DNA from: an uncultured Gammaproteobacteria bacterium
GTDB taxonomy: Bacteria > Patescibacteriota > Microgenomatia > Levybacterales > GWA1-39-11
NCBI GenBank assembly: GCA_964651815.1
Contig: CAZYWG010000003.1
Span: 1 to 50,530, forward strand
Length of the DNA stretch: 50,530 bases
Direction: 5' to 3'
Shown here: positions 48,072 through 50,530 of the stretch, one piece after another
Layout: each line of letters begins with the position of its first letter
Numbering within the stretch: position 1 is the first letter of the stretch
The notes under the pieces: generated by a model
Databases searched by the model: none
What the model saw: only the letters and a program-made list of their open reading frames with translations
What the model was told of the DNA's origin: nothing
Position numbers and translations under genes: made by a program

Positions 48072-48186
48072 ATGGGACAGCTAAAAATGAAAATTTTTCT
48101 TAACACTCAGGTCGCGCTTGTCGTAGTTGACGCGTGATTTTGAGTGGGAGAAAAATCTTTTGGGCCTCCCACGGGAGGCTTTTTTT
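48072..48186 (+). promoter_or_regulatory. Leader-peptide transcription attenuator (Val-rich)
   Basis: Leader ORF 48072-48137 MGQLKMKIFLNTQVALVVVDA; 1:2 hairpin; 2:3 pairing GTGGGAG/CTCCCAC; terminator GCCTCC-CACG-GGAGGC-T7; promoter TTGCAT-17-TATAAT (48034-48062). Confidence 0.7.
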
Positions 48187-48209
48187 ATGGCCTAAAGGTG
48201 GTGAGTTAT

Positions 48210-48500
48210 ATGACAGAAGTACCGCGCTTAAGCGCAGAAGAACAATTTAAAGTAGAACAATACGACCGTGCTAAAACTATTGCAACGCATTTAGTTGGAA
48301 TTGCTCGCTCAATTCCCAAGCAGGAGAGAGGGCAATATGGAATACCCGATTTTGTTGACTTGCGGGGAATGAGAAACTCGTTGGCAAGAACTTATTTAAA
48401 AAGCGATCCACATGAAGAAGATGATCTTCATATTGGGATTGCTCAGGGTATATCAAAGTGGTTTATAGATTCTCTTCCGAGAATACAGCACGAGATATAA
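48210..48500 (+). CDS. Hypothetical protein (96 aa) downstream of the attenuator
   Basis: ATG 48210 after an AAGGTGGTGA SD. Confidence 0.7.
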   Translation: MTEVPRLSAEEQFKVEQYDRAKTIATHLVGIARSIPKQERGQYGIPDFVDLRGMRNSLARTYLKSDPHEEDDLHIGIAQGISKWFIDSLPRIQHEI

Positions 48501-49047
48501 CATCGTTAACTTTATAATTAAGGTCATCTATCGACCCGTCGTTATCAATTATAATATCGGCAAGATCAAGACAAGCTTTTACTTGTTGGCGGTGACTTCC
48601 AACTTGCGAAAGTTCAAGGTCGTCGAGTGTTTTGAATTCCTCCCACGTTGAGACGCCGGCCTTATTTGTCCCGCGGTTTTTGAAGAAGTCAAAACGTCGT
48701 CTTTGGTCTGCTATAACTCCAATTATCTTTGCGCCGAATTTTTCTTTTATAAAAGTGACTTCCGCAGGGTTTCTAATTGCATCAACCACTACAAATTGGG
48801 GATTATCTTTTTCGATGAGTTCGGCCGTCCTTTTTGCCAATATGTCTGTTCCAAGTGTCCCACGTAAATCATTTGCCACCTCATAAAGCGTCTCTCGAGT
48901 TATTTCCATTCCGCGTGCCGTGATTTCTTCCCTGATTCTATCGGAAAGAGAGTAGACTGAATATCCCTTTTCTTTTAGAATTTGCGCAACCGTACCTTTG
49001 CCGGATGCAATTGGTCCAACAAGCCCGAAAACACGTTTGTCCATCAC
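48463..49047 (-). CDS. P-loop nucleotide kinase (dephospho-CoA kinase-like/UPF0200)
   Basis: GPIASGKGT P-loop; VVDAIRNPAE; ADIIIDNDGS. Confidence 0.82.
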   Translation of the reverse strand: MMDKRVFGLVGPIASGKGTVAQILKEKGYSVYSLSDRIREEITARGMEITRETLYEVANDLRGTLGTDILAKRTAELIEKDNPQFVVVDAIRNPAEVTFIKEKFGAKIIGVIADQRRRFDFFKNRGTNKAGVSTWEEFKTLDDLELSQVGSHRQQVKACLDLADIIIDNDGSIDDLNYKVNDVISRAVFSEENL

Positions 49048-49117
49048 AACATTTTAGAATTTTGAGATGAATAATGCAATTATTGAAGAAGTCAGAGCCC
49101 TATAGTATAATCATGAA

Positions 49118-49489
49118 ATGTCGGAACGAAAATTTGGACTGTTTGGAAGAGGTAAAGACGGTGGTCACAAAGTACCTAGAAAGACCAATATTGGTTTGTC
49201 CGACTTTGTTTACTCACTCGAAGAAGGACAAGTGAGAAGACCTATGCATCTTATTTTGTCTTCAGATAAATCATTCGGTTCTGCGAATAGAGATTTGGTT
49301 TCAACTGTAAATCTAGAGCAAATTGACAAGCAACAACAAGATTGGCTTGACCCACGTGGCTTAATGGATCTTCTTTCGGAATTGACCTCAGCATCATTGT
49401 GGAAGAATATTATCACAAAAAGACCTTTTAAAACCCAACTTAAAGTAATGTGGAGTTTAGGTTCAATGTCCACAAACGAGGCGCTTTAA
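49118..49489 (+). CDS. Hypothetical protein (possibly the 5' part of a frameshifted gene)
   Basis: TATAAT 6 nt before the ATG; the stop falls inside the next open frame. Confidence 0.55.
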   Translation: MSERKFGLFGRGKDGGHKVPRKTNIGLSDFVYSLEEGQVRRPMHLILSSDKSFGSANRDLVSTVNLEQIDKQQQDWLDPRGLMDLLSELTSASLWKNIITKRPFKTQLKVMWSLGSMSTNEAL

Positions 49490-49920
49490 AGATTGAAGAA
49501 ATAAATCAACGCCTTATGATAGCGGCGGTTGCAGGTGGAGTGATGGCAGCGGCAACAGGAAGTGATTTTGATAAATTACTAAAGCCTGAAAAGGCTATGC
49601 CCGGCTCAGAGCAGGAAGCAAGACAGTCCATGGCACTTGAAATAGGAAACAGATTTAAGACTAAGGCGAGTACACCTCGTGAATTGTATAGTAGAATGCA
49701 AGAACTCTTTCCACCAAATGTAGATACTAAATCCAGTGGCGAAAGCTTTTTTGAGCTTTTAGTAAAATATGGAGCATTTGAAAATACGCGAAGAAATACT
49801 AGATGTCCGGCAGTCAAAGTCACAAAATTTATCCTTGAGGAATTTGGATCTATGTTGCAAACAGAACAATACAGAGAAAAATATTTACAACACGCAGTCA
49901 AGCCAGAGGCTTTAAAATAG
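49450..49920 (+). CDS. Hypothetical protein (possibly the 3' part of a frameshifted gene)
   Basis: Open in the -1 frame across the upstream stop; no clear SD or promoter of its own. Confidence 0.5.
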   Translation: MEFRFNVHKRGALKIEEINQRLMIAAVAGGVMAAATGSDFDKLLKPEKAMPGSEQEARQSMALEIGNRFKTKASTPRELYSRMQELFPPNVDTKSSGESFFELLVKYGAFENTRRNTRCPAVKVTKFILEEFGSMLQTEQYREKYLQHAVKPEALK

Positions 49921-49989
49921 ATAGAGGATTATCTTGTGGTTGCCCAGTTACTACTTGTCTGGTGCACTGAAAAATCAAAGATTTTTCAG

Positions 49990-50072
49990 TGGGCAAGGAG
50001 GGAGTCGGACCCTCATGGAGTTGCCCCCATTAGTTTTTGAGACTAACGCGTATACCATTCCGCCACTTGCCC
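49990..50072 (-). tRNA. tRNA-Leu(CAA)
   Basis: GGGCAAG/CTTGCCC-A; anticodon arm TTAGT-CTCAAAA-ACTAA; long variable arm; T-arm GAGGG-TCCGACT-CCCTC. Confidence 0.93.
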
Positions 50073-50154
50073 TTAGTTTGCTACTCACCGGATAAAACCG
50101 ATTGAGTTTCGAACCTGTTTATTATATACTTTCGAATGTTTACGATCAACAATT

Positions 50155-50530
50155 ATGGCAAAAAATTCAGTGAGACTCTCTGAGTATATAATTCCAAATA
50201 AGTATTCTGTTTCGCTTGTTCCTGATTTAGACGCGTTTACATTTAGTGGAGAAGAGGAAATCGAGATTGAAATTAGAAAGCCTACAGAAAAGATAACTCT
50301 TCACGCGGCAGAGCTAGCAATTTTGTCGGCTGAGATTGTTCAAAATAAAAAAACGGAAGCAGGAATAGTTTCTTATAGCGAAAAGGATGAAACGGTAACG
50401 TTTAGTTTTCCCTCAAAAGTTGGAACAGGCAAAGCTTCACTAATTCTAAAATTCGAAGGAATTCTCAATGACAAACTCCGTGGATTTTACAGGAGCCGTT
50501 ACGAAATAGATGGTAAAATATACCATATGG
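50155..50530 (+). CDS. pepN: M1-family aminopeptidase N (5' part; runs off the window)
   Basis: Manual translation MAKNSVRLSEYIIPNKY..PDLDAFTFSGEEEI..ITLHA..LNDKLRGFYRSRY. Confidence 0.85.
   Translation, partial: MAKNSVRLSEYIIPNKYSVSLVPDLDAFTFSGEEEIEIEIRKPTEKITLHAAELAILSAEIVQNKKTEAGIVSYSEKDETVTFSFPSKVGTGKASLILKFEGILNDKLRGFYRSRYEIDGKIYHM

Noticed and set aside
49484-49492. prfB-like +1 frameshift at CTT TAA
   Set aside because: The +1 frame reads TTT AAA GAT TGA and stops at once; the downstream ORF is in the -1 frame.
1-50530. CRISPR array, prophage, IS/integrase or defence operon
   Set aside because: No regularly spaced repeat-spacer series and no recognisable cas, phage structural, transposase or recombinase ORF.

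Overview
Compact, AT-rich bacterial chromosome segment. Gene content and style (very short intergenic regions, mostly leaderless genes, short ProRS and RF1) suggest Patescibacteria/CPR, probably Microgenomates; this is an inference. It carries housekeeping genes (ychF, rpsU, ybeY, dnaX, ybaB, prs, csaA-proS, prfA, rpmE, hisS, htrA, rpsF-ssb-rpsR, ctpA, cysS, dnaB, pepN), a peptidoglycan-remodelling trio (VanW-like, L,D-transpeptidase, Rpf), an accessory redox/transport region (about 4-14.7 kb), many orphan genes, and a GC-richer island of small genes flanked by structured RNAs (37.4-39.1 kb). The most unusual feature is at 47713-47952: a complete tRNA-Ala(CGC) is nested inside the anticodon arm of a second, interrupted tRNA-Ala-like gene that keeps G3.U70, with an extra degenerate 3' half. 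Other notable items are a shared CAC-hairpin-GTGCAYCA element at two tRNA 3' ends, a T-box with an ultrashort Stem I upstream of csaA-proS, a Val-rich leader-peptide attenuator upstream of an unknown gene, recoded duplicate gene ends (ychF, hisS), and several short repeat families, some inserted in-frame in DnaX and YchF. No CRISPR array, rRNA, integrase or transposase was seen.
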